A DNA stretch of 64,000 nt from Squalus acanthias (lineage: Eukaryota), in the NCBI GenBank assembly GCA_030390025.1, contig CM059433.1, positions 25,484,001 to 25,548,000 of the forward strand, read 5' to 3'. Under the pieces are notes generated by a model. That model was not told where the DNA came from and made no database searches. It saw nothing but the letters and a program-made list of their open reading frames with translations. Positions 35,962-48,197 of this stretch are shown here, piece after piece (the first letter of the stretch is position 1; each line of letters begins with the position of its first letter). A program made the translations under genes and the position numbers.

Positions 35962-38192
35962 ATCCTGATGACGCAAGAGGACCAATATCACATGGTGCTC
36001 TTGTACACCAATTTTGGCAAATTACTGATGTTGAGCCCAAATTTGAGTGCAAAGCAAATTCCTAGGCCAAAATGTCAAATATGGACTCACCAGTGATCTA
36101 CACAAAATTAGAATCACTTGTTTCAACTCAGCTTCCACCAATCTTTTAGCACTTCAAAATCAAGGTTGAAGTAAATCTGTAGCTTCTCAAACACTAATGG
36201 AATTGCAGATGGGAATCGGAAGCAGACTTTACTTTCTGCGTGAAATGAATAAGCTTTAATATCCAGCAACCTACAAATTATGATTACAAGATTATAGTTT
36301 ATCCGCAGTTGTGCTCTCATGAGAGATTCAAAGTACATCATTTGACAGCTAGAGCAATTAAATGTAAGCTTGACAAATCAGAAATGAGATTGTTTCTATA
36401 GCTTACACTCCACAACTAACTTTCAACTTCAGAGTGAAGACAGGTTGCCTGTGTCCAGATAATAATAGAATAGAATCATTCAAAAAAAAATGTATTCATT
36501 CATGTGAGGAAAAACTTTTTTGATGTAGCGAGTGGTGAGGACCTGGAACTCGCTGCCAACGGAAGTGGTGGAAGTGGAGACACTCGATGTTTTCAAAGGA
36601 AGACTGGATAGGCACTTGACGGAAATAAACTTGCAGGGCTACAGGGATAGAGCGGGGGAATGGGACTGACTGGATTGCTCTACAGAGAGCCGGCACAGAC
36701 TCGATAGGCTGAATGGCCTCCTTCTGTGCCGTTATGTCTCTATGACTCTATGACTCATGGGATGTGGGTGTCACTGGCAAGGTCAGTATTTATTGCCCAT
36801 CCCAATTTTCCCTTGAGAAGGTGGTGGTGAGTTGCCTTCTTGAACCGCTATAGTCCGTGTGGTGAAGGTACTCCCACAGTGCTGTTAGGAGGGGTGTTCC
36901 AGGATTTTGACCCAGCGACGATGAAGGAACAGCGATATATTTCCAAGTCAGGATGGTGTGTGACTTGGAGGGGAACTTGCAGGTAGTGGTGTTCCCATGC
37001 GCCTGCTGCCCTTGTCCTTCTGAGTGGTAGAGGTCGCGGGTTTGGGAGGTGCTGTCGAAGAAGGCTTGGCGAGTTGCTGCAGTGCATCTTGTAGATGGTA
37101 CACACTGCAGCCATGGTGCACTGGTGGTGGAGGAAGTGAATGTTTAAAGTAGTGGATGGGGTGCCAATCAAGCGGGTTGCTTAGTCCTGGATGGTGTCGA
37201 GCTTCTTGAATGTTGTTGGAGCTGCATTCATCCAGCCATCACACTCCTGACTTTTGCCTTGGAGATGGTGGATAGGCTTTGGGGAGTGGGGAGGTTGAGA
37301 CACTCACCACAGAATACTCAGCCTCTGACCTGCTCTTGTAGCCACAGTATTTATGTGGCTGGTCCAGTTAAATTTCTGGTCAATGGTGACCCGCAGGATT
37401 TTGATGATGGGGAATTTGGCGATGGTACTCCTGTTGACTGTCAAGGGGAGATGGCTAGACTCTCTCTTGTTGGAGATGGTCATTGCCTGGCACTTGTGTG
37501 GCATGAATGTTACTGCCACTTATCAGCCCAAGCCTGAATGTTGTCCAGGTCTTGTAGCATGCAGGCACAGACTGCAACATTATCTGTGGAGTTGCAAATG
37601 GAACTGAACACTCTGCAATCATCAGCGAACATCCCCATGTCTGACCTTATGAGGGAGGGAAGGTCATTGATGAAACAGCTGAAAATGTTTGGGCCTAGGA
37701 CACTGCCCTGAGGAACTCCTGCAGCGATGTCCTGGGGCTGTGATGATTGGCCTCCAACAACCACAACCATCTTCCTTTGTGCTAGGTATGACTCCAGCCA
37801 GTGGAGCGTTTTCCCCCTGATTCCTATTGACTCAATTTTACTAGGGCTCCTTGATGCCACACTCGGTCAAATGCTGATTTGATCTCAAGGACATTCACTT
37901 TCAATCTCAAAATCAAACAATGAAGTAGCAATCTTCTTTATTAGTTCTCTGTGTGATTGTGGAACACATCCTATTCAAACAGGATTGCAGAGTAGAGACT
38001 GCTTCTCATGTCAAAGCATTATTCTGGGACTTGTCTGCAGTAAGTCATCATTATCTTTCTTCACTCATTTCTTCCTTTCTAGTTTAGCTAACTTGGCGGT
38101 ACTGTAATTTATTTCTGTTAACTGTTATACTACACTTTTCTTAGCACTAAGAAACTTGTACTATTCACAATTTATGGAGCAGAGCTTTCAAG
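35962..38192 (+). repeat. Unidentified local tandem unit, copy C (starts at 28448-28467; split by LINE insertions)
   Basis: Near-identical to copy B outside 36485-37902. Confidence 0.92.
36485..37902 (-). mobile_element. CR1-group LINE of a distinct family, 3' part, with a CR1 3' tail nested at 36505-36754 (+, TSD TCATG)
   Basis: GVPQGSVLGP, FADDC, WADKWQ and YKMHC in ORFs 37510-37860, 37304-37519 and 36848-37171. TCATG at 36500-36504 and 36755-36759. Confidence 0.88.
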
Positions 38193-38559
38193 CCCTTTTC
38201 TACATTACAATAGTGACTACACTTTATTGGCTGTAAAGCACTTTGGGACTTACTTACTTACTTTCTTTCTTTCCTTCTTTATCCATGTCCCTTGTACACC
38301 ATGAGCATGCATCAGGAAACTATGGGATCAAAGGCCGTGATTTTCTTCCCATTTATTTTGATACACTGTCATGGCACATGAGCTGCAATTGGAAAATCTA
38401 TCCTTGCATTCTTAAACTCTGGGGCAAATTTATGTTTTATTGTGCTTGGATGTAAAGGATCACCTGCACATAGAGAAAAATTGGGCGGGGAGATTGCATG
38501 CTGGTACGGAGCAACTCGATTTTTAATTCATGGAAGCCTCTACCACAGACATGCAATTC

Positions 38560-39310
38560 TCTGCTTTTTTAACAGCCTCCTCAACTTGTCCTGCCACCTT
38601 CTGAACATAATCCCCAGGTCTCTCTGTTCCTGCACCCACCTTTAAATTGTACCATTTAGTTTATATTGCCTCTCCTCATTCTTCCTACCAAAAGAAAGAA
38701 AAGAAAGACTTGCATTTATATAGTGCCTTTCATGACCTCACCAAGTGCTTTACAGCCAATGAAACACTTTTTGAAGTGTAGTCACTGGTGGAATGTAGGA
38801 AACACAGCAGCCAATTTGCACACAGCAAGCTCCCACAAACAGCAATGCGACAATGACCAAATAATCTGTTTTTTAGTGATGTTGATTGAAGGATAAATAT
38901 TGGCCAGGACACTGGGGATAACTCCCCTGCTCGTCTTTGAAATAGTGCCATAGGACCTGAGAGAGCAGACGGGGCCTCGGTTTAATGTCTTATCCGAGAG
39001 ACAGCACCTCCGACAGTGCAGCACTTCCTCAGTACTGCACCGGAGTGCCAGCCTAGATTTTTGTGCTCAAATCTCTGGAGTGGGACTTGAACCCACAACC
39101 TTCTGACTCAGAGGTGAGAGTGCTACCCACTGAGCCACGGGTGACACAAAATGCATCACTTCACACTTCTCTGCGTTAAATTTGATCTGTCATGTGTCTG
39201 CCCATTTCACCAGTCTATCTATGTGCTTTTCAAGTCTGTTACTATCCTTCTCACTGTTTACTACTTTTCTGAGTTTTATGTCATCTGCAAACTTTGAAAT
39301 GATGCCCTGT
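38560..39310 (-). mobile_element. CR1 RT fragment interrupted by a SINE
   Basis: Reverse-complement homology to 21560-21870 (SKFADD region). Confidence 0.85.
38694..39146 (-). mobile_element. Full-length Deu-domain tRNA SINE (SacSINE1-like)
   Basis: Head GTGGCTCAGTGGGTAGCAC...GGTTCAAGTCCC (A/B boxes), central TTAAACCGAGGCCCCGTCTG, L2-type tail GGCACTATATAAATGCAAG; probable TSD CAAAA. Confidence 0.9.
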
Positions 39311-39870
39311 ATTCTTTGATGTGCTTAGCTGGAGTTCAAGGACAAGCAGAGACCTTGAGAGAAAGGCTCATATCAAATCTTTCTCTTGCCATGCTCCCAG
39401 TGCTAAGCATTCGGATGAGCACCAATCTACATGAGAGTAGTTCCTAGAGTATCTCCAATGTGAGTTAAGTCTTCCATCATCGCTCTTTCCAAACAATCAC
39501 TCAGTCTGTCACACAGAACCCTATAAGTAGGAGACCAAAGTCTCAATGGCATCAGCTGAGGAGAAAACATTGTCCTGTGCTTGTTACCTCACTGTTTTGG
39601 GGCTTGCATACAGGTGGTCCTTCAGATGCCACTCGCTACAGGATATTCTGCCTCTAAGTAAATCCCTTCTGCATGACTGCAGTGATTCCAGAGCCTTATT
39701 TTGGCATGTTTCCTAATGCCACTGAATGCTATTATATTTCCTCCAAGTATGAGGGTGCTCATTCACTCACTTGACTACCTCCACACCAGCAGCTTGGACC
39801 TGTGATTTAACACTAAAGACCACCAACTTCCATCACTGCACTAGGGAAGCAAGACCTCCAGGAGTTTACT
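39310..39870 (+). repeat. Possible very diverged copy D of the local tandem unit
   Basis: ATCCCTTCTGCATGACTGCAG and CAGAGCCTTATTTTGG resemble ATCCTATTCAGCATGATTGCAG (copy A) and CAAAGCATTATTCTGG (copies B/C), in the same order. Confidence 0.4.
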
Positions 39871-40129
39871 AAATGTGGAAATCTTAGGCACAGCCCTCAC
39901 TGCACAGATTTCTCTGTCTACACCTCCCTTCAGTGATAGGCTGAAAAATAGTAAACTCCACATTAATGGCAAGCAGCAAACCTTTAAGAGCTGTTGGCGT
40001 GCCCAATTTTGTGCCTGCCAGCCAATCAAAATGCAGCATTCCTCCCTGCGTATGTTTTAAATGTGTAGGGAAACTATTGAAATGCAGGGGATGCCAGCCT
40101 TGCCTCCTTCTAGGGCAGGTGCACCCAGT

Positions 40130-40855
40130 GCCACAGGCAAGTGCAGATCCAATGTTGGTGTTCTCACAAGTTCAGGGTTAGTGTTCCAAATGTGGACTCA
40201 TCAGTGATTCACACAAGATTAGAATCACTTGTTTCAACTAAGATTCTATCCAAACTTGTTAGCACTTCCAAATCAAGGTCAAACTAAATCTGCACCTTCA
40301 GAAAGACTAATGGAATTTCAGGTGGAAATCAGAAGCACACTTTTCTCTTTGCTTGAAATGAGTAAGCTGTAATACCCAGCAACCAACCAGTGATAATTAC
40401 AAGATTAAAGCTTTACCTCAGTTACATTCTCATGAGATCCAACGTACATCATTTGACAGCTAGAGCAATTACATGTGAACTTGAGAAATGAGATAATTTC
40501 CAAACATTGCATCCTCACCAATAACTTGCATTTTCAGAGTGAAGACAAATTGCCTGAGTCCAGGTAATAACATGAACAAAAAAAATCATACAGAACCTTG
40601 AAGTGAAGTAATAAACTGCTGAAAGTTGTAACCTTCTTATCTAGCCCAGCAGGAAGGAAGAGTAGAAAAAAGTATCTAATTTGCTTTCCTACTTTCTTAC
40701 AATAAGAAAGTAACATAAACCAAGTCAATAATGTTGCAGAAGATGCAACCAGTTTTCCACAAAGTACTGATAAACAAAAGATGTGAAGAACATCTTTGAA
40801 AACTATTTCAGTTCCTTGAGTGGCTGCAATTAAATAGAAAGTTGAATTATAAGTT
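40130..40855 (+). repeat. Unidentified local tandem unit, copy E
   Basis: Roughly 75-80% identical by eye to 18728-19173, with exact blocks ATTAGAATCACTTGTTTCAACT, TTAGCACTTCCAAATCAAGGTCAAA and GTACATCATTTGACAGCTAGAGCAATTA. Confidence 0.9.
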
Positions 40856-41445
40856 CACATTACATAGAATGTACAGCTTAGAAACAGGCCATTCGGCCCA
40901 ACTGGTCTGTGCCGGTGTTTATGCTCCACACGAGTCTTCTCCCACCACTCTTCATCTCACCCCATCAGCATAACCTTCTATTCCTTTCTCCCTCATGTAT
41001 TTATCTAGCTTCTCATTAAATGCATCTATGATATTCGCCTCAACTACTCCTTGTGGTAGCGAGTTCCACATTTAACCACTTTCTGAGTAAAGAAGTTGCT
41101 CCTGAATTCCCTATTGAATTTCTTAATGACCATCTTATATTTATGGCCCCTAGTTTTGGTCTCCCCACAAATGGAAACATCTTCTCTACATCTACCCTAT
41201 CAAACTCCTTCATAATCTTAAAGGCCTCGATCAGGTCACCCCTCAGCCTTCTCTTTTCTAGAGAAATGAACCCCAGCCTGTTCAATCTTTTCTGAAAGGT
41301 ATAACCTCTCAGTTCTGGTATGATCCTTGTAAATCTTTTTTGCACCTTCTCCAGTGCCTCTATATCTTTTTATATAATATGGAGACCAGAATTATGTACA
41401 GTACTCCAAGTGTGGTCTAACCAAGGTTCGATACAAGTTTAACAT
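40856..41445 (-). mobile_element. CR1 LINE 3' fragment
   Basis: ORF 41040-41345 (QKRFTRIIP, RRLRGDLIE) and 3' tail. Confidence 0.93.
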
Positions 41446-41710
41446 TCCCTTCAGCCTTTGTGTCCTTTTTCCTGACAGTTCCTGCTGTTGTGTGCGGGAA
41501 TCCTGCCCCATGGGCTGCTTCATGACTGTCGTTAATGTGAGTAGCTAATAGTAGGTAGATGTATTCAAAGCAAAGCTAACTGACTGGGACCACGCTACCA
41601 TGATGCTCCATCTACTGGTCAAAGTGAAATAAAGAGCAGTATCACAACAGTGGCAGACAAGATTGGTTATGGCAATTGAATCAACACCCTGCCGCTTCAG
41701 AGATGGGGGT

Positions 41711-44610
41711 GGGGGCGAAATTGGGCTCGGTGACGCCCATATTTTGGGCATAACGAGGCCCCTTAGGGTTTCAAAATGGCATCCGCGGTGCGCGCACACA
41801 CTTCTGACGCGAAATGCACGGACGCCATATTGGTAAAGGGGTTAGTGCGCGCGCACTTAACATCTGCCGGAAGCATGCAGAGTCAGCAGATCATGATGTC
41901 AATCGTTGTATAACGTTGATTTGACGCCAGTGCTGCCATTTTGGACCTCCATGCTCCAGCCGACGCCCTCTCTTAACCTCGCACAGCTGAACACGTTTTA
42001 AGCAGCAGGAAGAATCCCCGCCAGCGCTATTTAAAGGGATCATCAATTGCTTACAGGTTCGTTGCTGCTTTATTGTTTCTGGCTGTTGCTCCAATTCTAC
42101 ACATTTTTGGTGCCTTCCATAGTTGTTTCAGTTTCAAAAGTCTACAGAGAGTGGGTGCGGCAGGTGCTGAAGTACTTTTTGTTGACTTCAAGGCTTCAGC
42201 ACAAACCAGTTGCTCCCAGACATGGGTGCACTAGTCGGCCTTCCTCTTGGAATTGAGCAAAACTGCACACACATTGCTTTGCCTGTGCCTCATGTCAACT
42301 CTGCCATGTACCTGAACCGAGAGGGATTCCACTCCCTCAACATGCAGCCGGGGTGTGACCATCATGCAGGTCAATACCCGATATCTTAGCAGCACTCATG
42401 ATGCATTCATTCTGCAGCAGTCCTCTGTGCCAGCTGTGTTTCAGCCACCACGGCAAACCAAAGGTTGGCTGCTGGGCGACAAGGGCTATCCACTGATGAC
42501 ATGGCTCACGACACCAGTTCAAAACCCACGCACATGCATGCAGCATGCATACAACGAGAGCCATGCTGCCACAAGAAATGTGATAGAGCAGACCATCGGC
42601 ATCCTGAAGCAATGATTCCACAGGCCTGGACCACTCTGGAGGATCCCTGTAGTACTCGGCTAAGAGGGTCTCAAGATTTGTGGTGGTCTGCTGCATGCTG
42701 CACAACCTTGCCATCATGAGGGAACAGCGCTTGCCACCACCTAGCAGGCGAGAAGCTAAGGAGCAGGAGCACGAGGAGCAGGAGGTGGAGGAGGAAGAGG
42801 AGGAAAAGGAAGACAAGGAAGAGGAGGCTGCAACCTAGACAGCCCCTTTCAGCCTTGGCTGTACATGAAGAATTAATTCAAGTGCGATACCAGTAAACTC
42901 GACCCCAATTCCCCATTCACCAACAGTCCCACACTCCTTACCTTCTCTCTGTCATTGACCATCACATCGTCCTCTTGGCCACAATGCAAAAATAAAGCCA
43001 ACACAAAATAACATTCCAATCCAAATTATGGATTAAGTCATGGCATATTGCATACAAACATAAATTAATTACTCTTGTGCATTCCCTTAGTGCCTGTCTT
43101 CCGTGTGCCTTCACTTGTCCTAGTGCTCCTACAAGTGCTACTCCATTGGCTGCAGCATTGCTGGTGGAAGGCTGCTGACTTTCAATGGAGAAGACTTCAG
43201 ATGGCCTTGTAGGACAACGTCGAGCAGCTCTGGGCCTAGAAGGCCTGGCTGCGGACTGCACCACCTCGGCATGGGCAGCAGCAGTCTGGGCTGGCTGGCT
43301 GACAGGCAACAGCAAGGGCACTGGTGGAGTGGCAGTGGTGGGAATAGGAATGCTGCTGAGATAGGACAGCAGGTTCATGTTCCATGGAGCCACTGCCACT
43401 CCCCCGGGATGGCGCCTCAGCAATCCTAGCCATCTGTTGGACGACTGATTGCTGAATTGCTGTGACACCCTGGAATCCCGTTTCCACACTGGTATACAGA
43501 GCCATGATGGCAGTAGTCTGAGCTTCCAGTGCAGCACTCGGATGTTGGGTGGCTGCTGCTTGTGCTTCAGTGGAAGCTGAGACATCACCCATCACACCCA
43601 GCATTATGGTTGTTTCCACAAGTATGTTCTTGGAGGTGGCCACCTCTTCCATGCTAGAAAAGATGGGCTTCAAGCTCTGCGAAAAGCCCTATGCCAAGTT
43701 GGTGCCAGACACCTCCATGCTCCTTGTCATTGAATGCAGGCTTTCCGGCAGGCTTCCCAATGCACCAAGCATTTCGGTGTGTACATCCATCAGCCTTTTT
43801 CTGTAGCCTGGTCCATCGAAGGCCTCTTCTGAGTCCTCTGTAGCAGAACCCGTGTGCGACCTTGTCCGCCGGCAAGCTGGCACCTGCGCTATCCTTGCCC
43901 CTGTCCTGGCAGCAGCGCAGTTGTGCCTGGTGTCTCACCACATGCAGATCCCGCCTCTGTGCTATCCGCTAAATTACGCGCAGTGTCAGTATCTGAGCTG
44001 GTGGCTGTGAGTGTGAAATCGAGTGACGGTGTCTCTTCATCGTCATTGTCTTCTTGCTCTTCCTCCACTGCCTGGGCAGGTTGCAGTTCTTGAGCATATG
44101 AAAGTAAAAAAGAGACAAGAGTAAGGTTGTGGTGAGGGGAGAGGAGAAGTAAGAGGTGCATGCTTACACCATCTGCAGCTTGTAAGTCAGAAGAGATTGT
44201 GGGATGAGGGGCAAGTGGGATGTGAGAAGGAGGATTAGATATGAGGATACCAGCATCTTCAATAGATTCAGCACCGCCGGTAGCCACGACCTCAGCAATT
44301 GCCTTTCCCATAATGGCCAGCAATGTCTCCTCCATGGGAGTTAGAACATGCAGGTCTGCCTCTCCCTCTCCGGTTAGTTCCTGCTACGTTCGGTTGTGCG
44401 CCACCTTCTCCTGCAAGAGAAAGGGAAGTGTGTCAGTGAGCGTCATGCAATATGTTTGGGTGATGCGGTTGTCATGGTTAAATAGCTGGCAATGTGTACA
44501 AGGTGTGAGGTGTGGGCGTGAGGCTTGCAACAATGCTGAGGGTGAGGTGCAGTATATGAATGTTAGGTGTGAGTCCTGATTGATAGAGATTGTTGGTAGG
44601 TAAGTGATCT
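41711..44610. mobile_element. PIF/Harbinger transposon: internally deleted nuclease (+) and Myb-like gene (-)
   Basis: TIR-like GGGGGCGAAATTGG. ORF 42355-42615 (THDAF, GDKGYPL, IEQTIGILK). 43075-44600 is the reverse complement of 5700-7190. Confidence 0.9.
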
Positions 44611-45569
44611 CTCCTCTGCCTTTGTCATAATTTTTTTCCCCTGAGACTTCAAAGGCACGAACTAAATACTTGCATCATGAATCTGGACTTTAAAAAACTG
44701 ACTGATATAAAAGTAGAAAGTCCAGTGCCTCAGTGTTACGTTGTGCATTCATTGCCAGTAATTTCTAGAGTGTGCTATTTGGTATGATTAATTCCCACTT
44801 TGAGAGCACATCAAAATTGCTGGCAGGAGCAAGTGACGGCTGTGTGTTATAATGCTCACCAATTACACTGATTGAAGAAGGGAATATTGCTTGTTATGCT
44901 CGGTCCCTATTTGCCAAAGTCCCAATAGGCACAAGTGCTGTCCTTCAAACTCCAACTTGAAGCAGGCACTGCATAAGATGCTACTTACTGCTTAGTTTCA
45001 GTGCTGGGTGGGCAGTTACAGTGAAAGGTTGCAGACTGCTTTTACTGAGACTATGAATTGGGTTCCATGCGCCTCTTGCTCTACACTTAGTGGAAGAGGA
45101 TGAAAAAGACTGCAAAGGACAGCTGCGATGTGGGATGGCAAGCAAGCTGTACACTGTCCTCTGTCCAGCACCAAGCACAGCACGTTACCATCCCGGGTAG
45201 ATCTGCTTGTAAATGTCAGAGCAGAAGTGTCTTGGAAGATTTGGGCTAAGCTGGGAAGCAGTGACAGAGCTCTGCTACTGGCTCAGCGAGGACCTCGTGG
45301 GAATAGTGGCTGGTAAATTGCCCGAAGGGAGCCTTCGAGGTTTATGGGGGAAATGCCTGAAGGTGGAATTTTAGCTTGAAAGTTGACCACATAAAATGGA
45401 GTTCAGCTGTTGAACTGAATGCTGTGAAAATGCTTTTAGCTAACACAAGTGAAGCTAACCTTCACCCAAGCTTTTAGCCATAAAATCTTCTAACCTGAAA
45501 GTCATAACAAATTAAAGCTCTAACTTAAGGTTAATTTAACTTAACTTATGGTTAATTGCACCAGAAGGT

Positions 45570-45990
45570 TTGGGGGTTAAATTGGATAGCCCTTGAAAAC
45601 GGGTCCGGGGATCACGATGCGCGATTAACCCGCGCCCGTTGCTTCCGATGCAGGCAGCACGCCAACTTTGTGCTGCCTGCTACTTTGCATGATCGCTGTG
45701 TGCAGCCAGCACTAAACGCGTTGTTGAGTAGTTGCACGCCTCAGCAGGGGGCCCAAGTTTGTGCAAGGCTAGCACCACTTAAAGCCAGCCTGCACCTCTT
45801 AAAGGGTGGTGCATTCTGTCTGAAGCAGGTGTTGGAACTGTTTGTGGAAGAGACACTGAACAGGAAGAAGACTGAATTATGGCGCAATAGGGGAGAGAGC
45901 ATGCTTTAAGGTTCTCTGATGCTGCACTGGAGGCCTTGGTAGAGGAGGAAAGAGGTCCTCTATCCACAGGGGGCCAGGAATTGCCAGTGT
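45570..45990 (+). mobile_element. Harbinger terminal/Myb 5' fragment
   Basis: GGGGTTAAATTGG terminus; RFSDAALEALVEE motif at ~45910. Confidence 0.7.
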
Positions 45991-46589
45991 AACCTTTGCT
46001 ACTCATTTTGTTAAGTAATTCTGTCCATTAACGATTTGCTGCTCAACTGCTACATAACTGATTACACTCACGTACATCGGTTGAGCGTTCATGTAGTTAA
46101 TTTTAAGTTGTGATTTATGACAAATAAATAGTGCTTAGTGCATGACTTGTGGGTCTGGCTTCTTCCTTGATGGTTTGGCAAGAAAGATTCACTCATTCAG
46201 AAGCTTAAGAATAACTTAACCAAGAGTTAGTAAATTAAACTCATTTTGATTTGAGCTGGGTTAAATGCAAGACAGCTCGGGAACTGAGTCAGGCCTCATT
46301 CATGCCTAGACCTTCAGAGATAAAACCCAAGACAAATCCTTAGTAAGGAGTTAAAGGAGGGAATTAATGATTTGTCTGGTTCCTCAGCATATATTTGTCA
46401 GGAATACCAAAATCCAGCTTTCTTACAACCTGCAGACCAGGTCTACCATCCGCTCAGCACTGCCAGTGGCATGGAAGTGACAGGGACCCTCAATTTCTAT
46501 AGCACTGAACGTTTCCAGGCCAGCACTGGACACATCTGCTGCATCAGTCAAATTGCTATGCACAAATGTATCAATGGGGTGATAGATAT

Positions 46590-48192
46590 AAAATAAAAAC
46601 AGAAAATGCTGGAAATACTCAGCGGGTATAGGGGTACGGTAGTGTAATCCAGAGGTCTGGACTAATGATCCAGAGACATGAGTTCAAATCCCACCACAGC
46701 AGCTGGGGAATTTGAATTCAGTTGATTAAATAAATTTGGAATTAAAAAAAAACTCCAGACTCACAGCAATGTGGTTGACTCTTAACTGCCCTCTGAAATG
46801 GCCTAGCAAGCTATTCGGTTGTCTCACCACCACCTTCTCAAGAGCAATTAGGGATGAGCAATAAATGCTGGCTTTGCCAGCGACGCCTACATCCTGTGAA
46901 TGAATAAAAAAGAAGGCAGCAGCTGTGGAGAGAGAAACAGAGTTTCCCTTCCATCAGAACTGGAAAAAGTTGGAGATGTCACAGGTTTTAAGCAAATACA
47001 GAGGAAGGGAAAGGGGGTGTGGAAGGCAGGAGAGATTAAATGACAAAAGGGATGATGGTACAAGGCAAAAGTGGGTGGTAATGGGACAAGAAACAAAAGA
47101 TGGGTCTAGAGGAGGTGTAACTGGGAATATCAGAATCAGCAACAGCTGCCATCTGAAAAAATAGGGGCAGAGGTTATGATCTGAAATTATTGAGCTCAAT
47201 GTCTGTAAAGTGCCTAATTGCAAGATGAGGGTGCTGTTTCTTGAGATTCCTTTGAGCTTCATTAGAACAGTGGAGGAGGCCGAGGACAGAGTGGGAGTGG
47301 GGCAGAAAATTAAAATGACAGGCAACTAGAAGCTCAGGGTCACGTTTGCGGACTGAATGGAGGTGTTCCACAGAGCAATCACCCAATCTGCGTTTGGTCT
47401 CCCAATGTAGAAGAGACCGAATCATGACCAGCGAATGCAGTATACTAAGTTGAAAGAAGTACAAGTAAATTGCTGTTTCACCTGGAAGGTGTGTTTGGGG
47501 TCCTGGACAGTGGAAAGGGAGGAGGTAACTGGGCTGCTTTTGCACCTCCTGTGCTTGCACGGGAAGGTGCCGTGGGAAGAGGAGGGGGTGTTGGGGGTGA
47601 TTGAAGAGTGGACCAGGGTGTCGCAGAGGGAACGGTCCCTTTGGAATGCTGAAAGGGGACGGGAGGGGGAGATACGTTTGGTAGTGGAAATGGCGGAGGA
47701 TGATGCGTTGAACGTGGAGGCTGGTGGGGTGGAAGGTGAGGACAAGGGGAACCATATCGTGGTTCTGGGAGGGAGGAGAAGGGGTGAGTGTGGGAAATGG
47801 GACGGACACGTTGAGGGTCCTGTCAACCACTGTGGAGGGGAATCCTCGGTTGAGGAAAAGGGAAGACATATTAGAAGCACTGGTATGGAAGGTGGCATCG
47901 TCAGAACAGATGCAACGGAGAAACTCGGAGAATGGAATAGAGTCCTTACAGGAAGCAGGGTGGGAGGAAGTGTAATCAAGGTAGCTGTGGGAGTCAATGG
48001 GCTTCTAGTGGATATTGGGTGACAGCCTCTCCCTAGAAATGGAGATAGAGAAGTTGAGGATGGGAAGGGAAGAGTCGGAGATGGACCGTGTGAAGGCGAG
48101 GGAAGGGTGGAAATTGGAAGCAAAGTTGATTTTAAAAAATCCATTTTGGGGCGAGAGCAGCAAATGACACCGATACAATCATCAATGTACCT
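46590..48192 (-). mobile_element. Penelope-like element (RT C-terminus, GIY-YIG endonuclease, 3' end), interrupted by a SINE
   Basis: RYIDDCIG, PLVLTFHP, FTCTSFNLVYCIR and HFN motifs in ORFs 47422-48318 and 47174-47869. Confidence 0.9.
46626..46913 (+). mobile_element. tRNA-type SINE (same family as 27167-27541), internally deleted
   Basis: GAGTTCAAATCCC B box, GGTTGACTCTTAACTGCCCTCTGAAATGGCCTAGC, tail ACATCCTGTGAATGAATAAAAAA. Confidence 0.85.
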
Positions 48193-48197
48193 ACTAA

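Noticed and set aside
35966..36028. C/D box snoRNA (TGATGA...CTGA) in copy C
   Set aside because: The boxes are not conserved in the near-identical copy B.
36123..36341. Minus-strand ORF of the tandem unit as an endogenous viral element
   Set aside because: The frame is broken in other copies and I recognise no viral motif. BLASTX/HHpred would be needed.
39070..39146. tRNA gene
   Set aside because: This is the tRNA-derived head of a SINE, not a complete cloverleaf.
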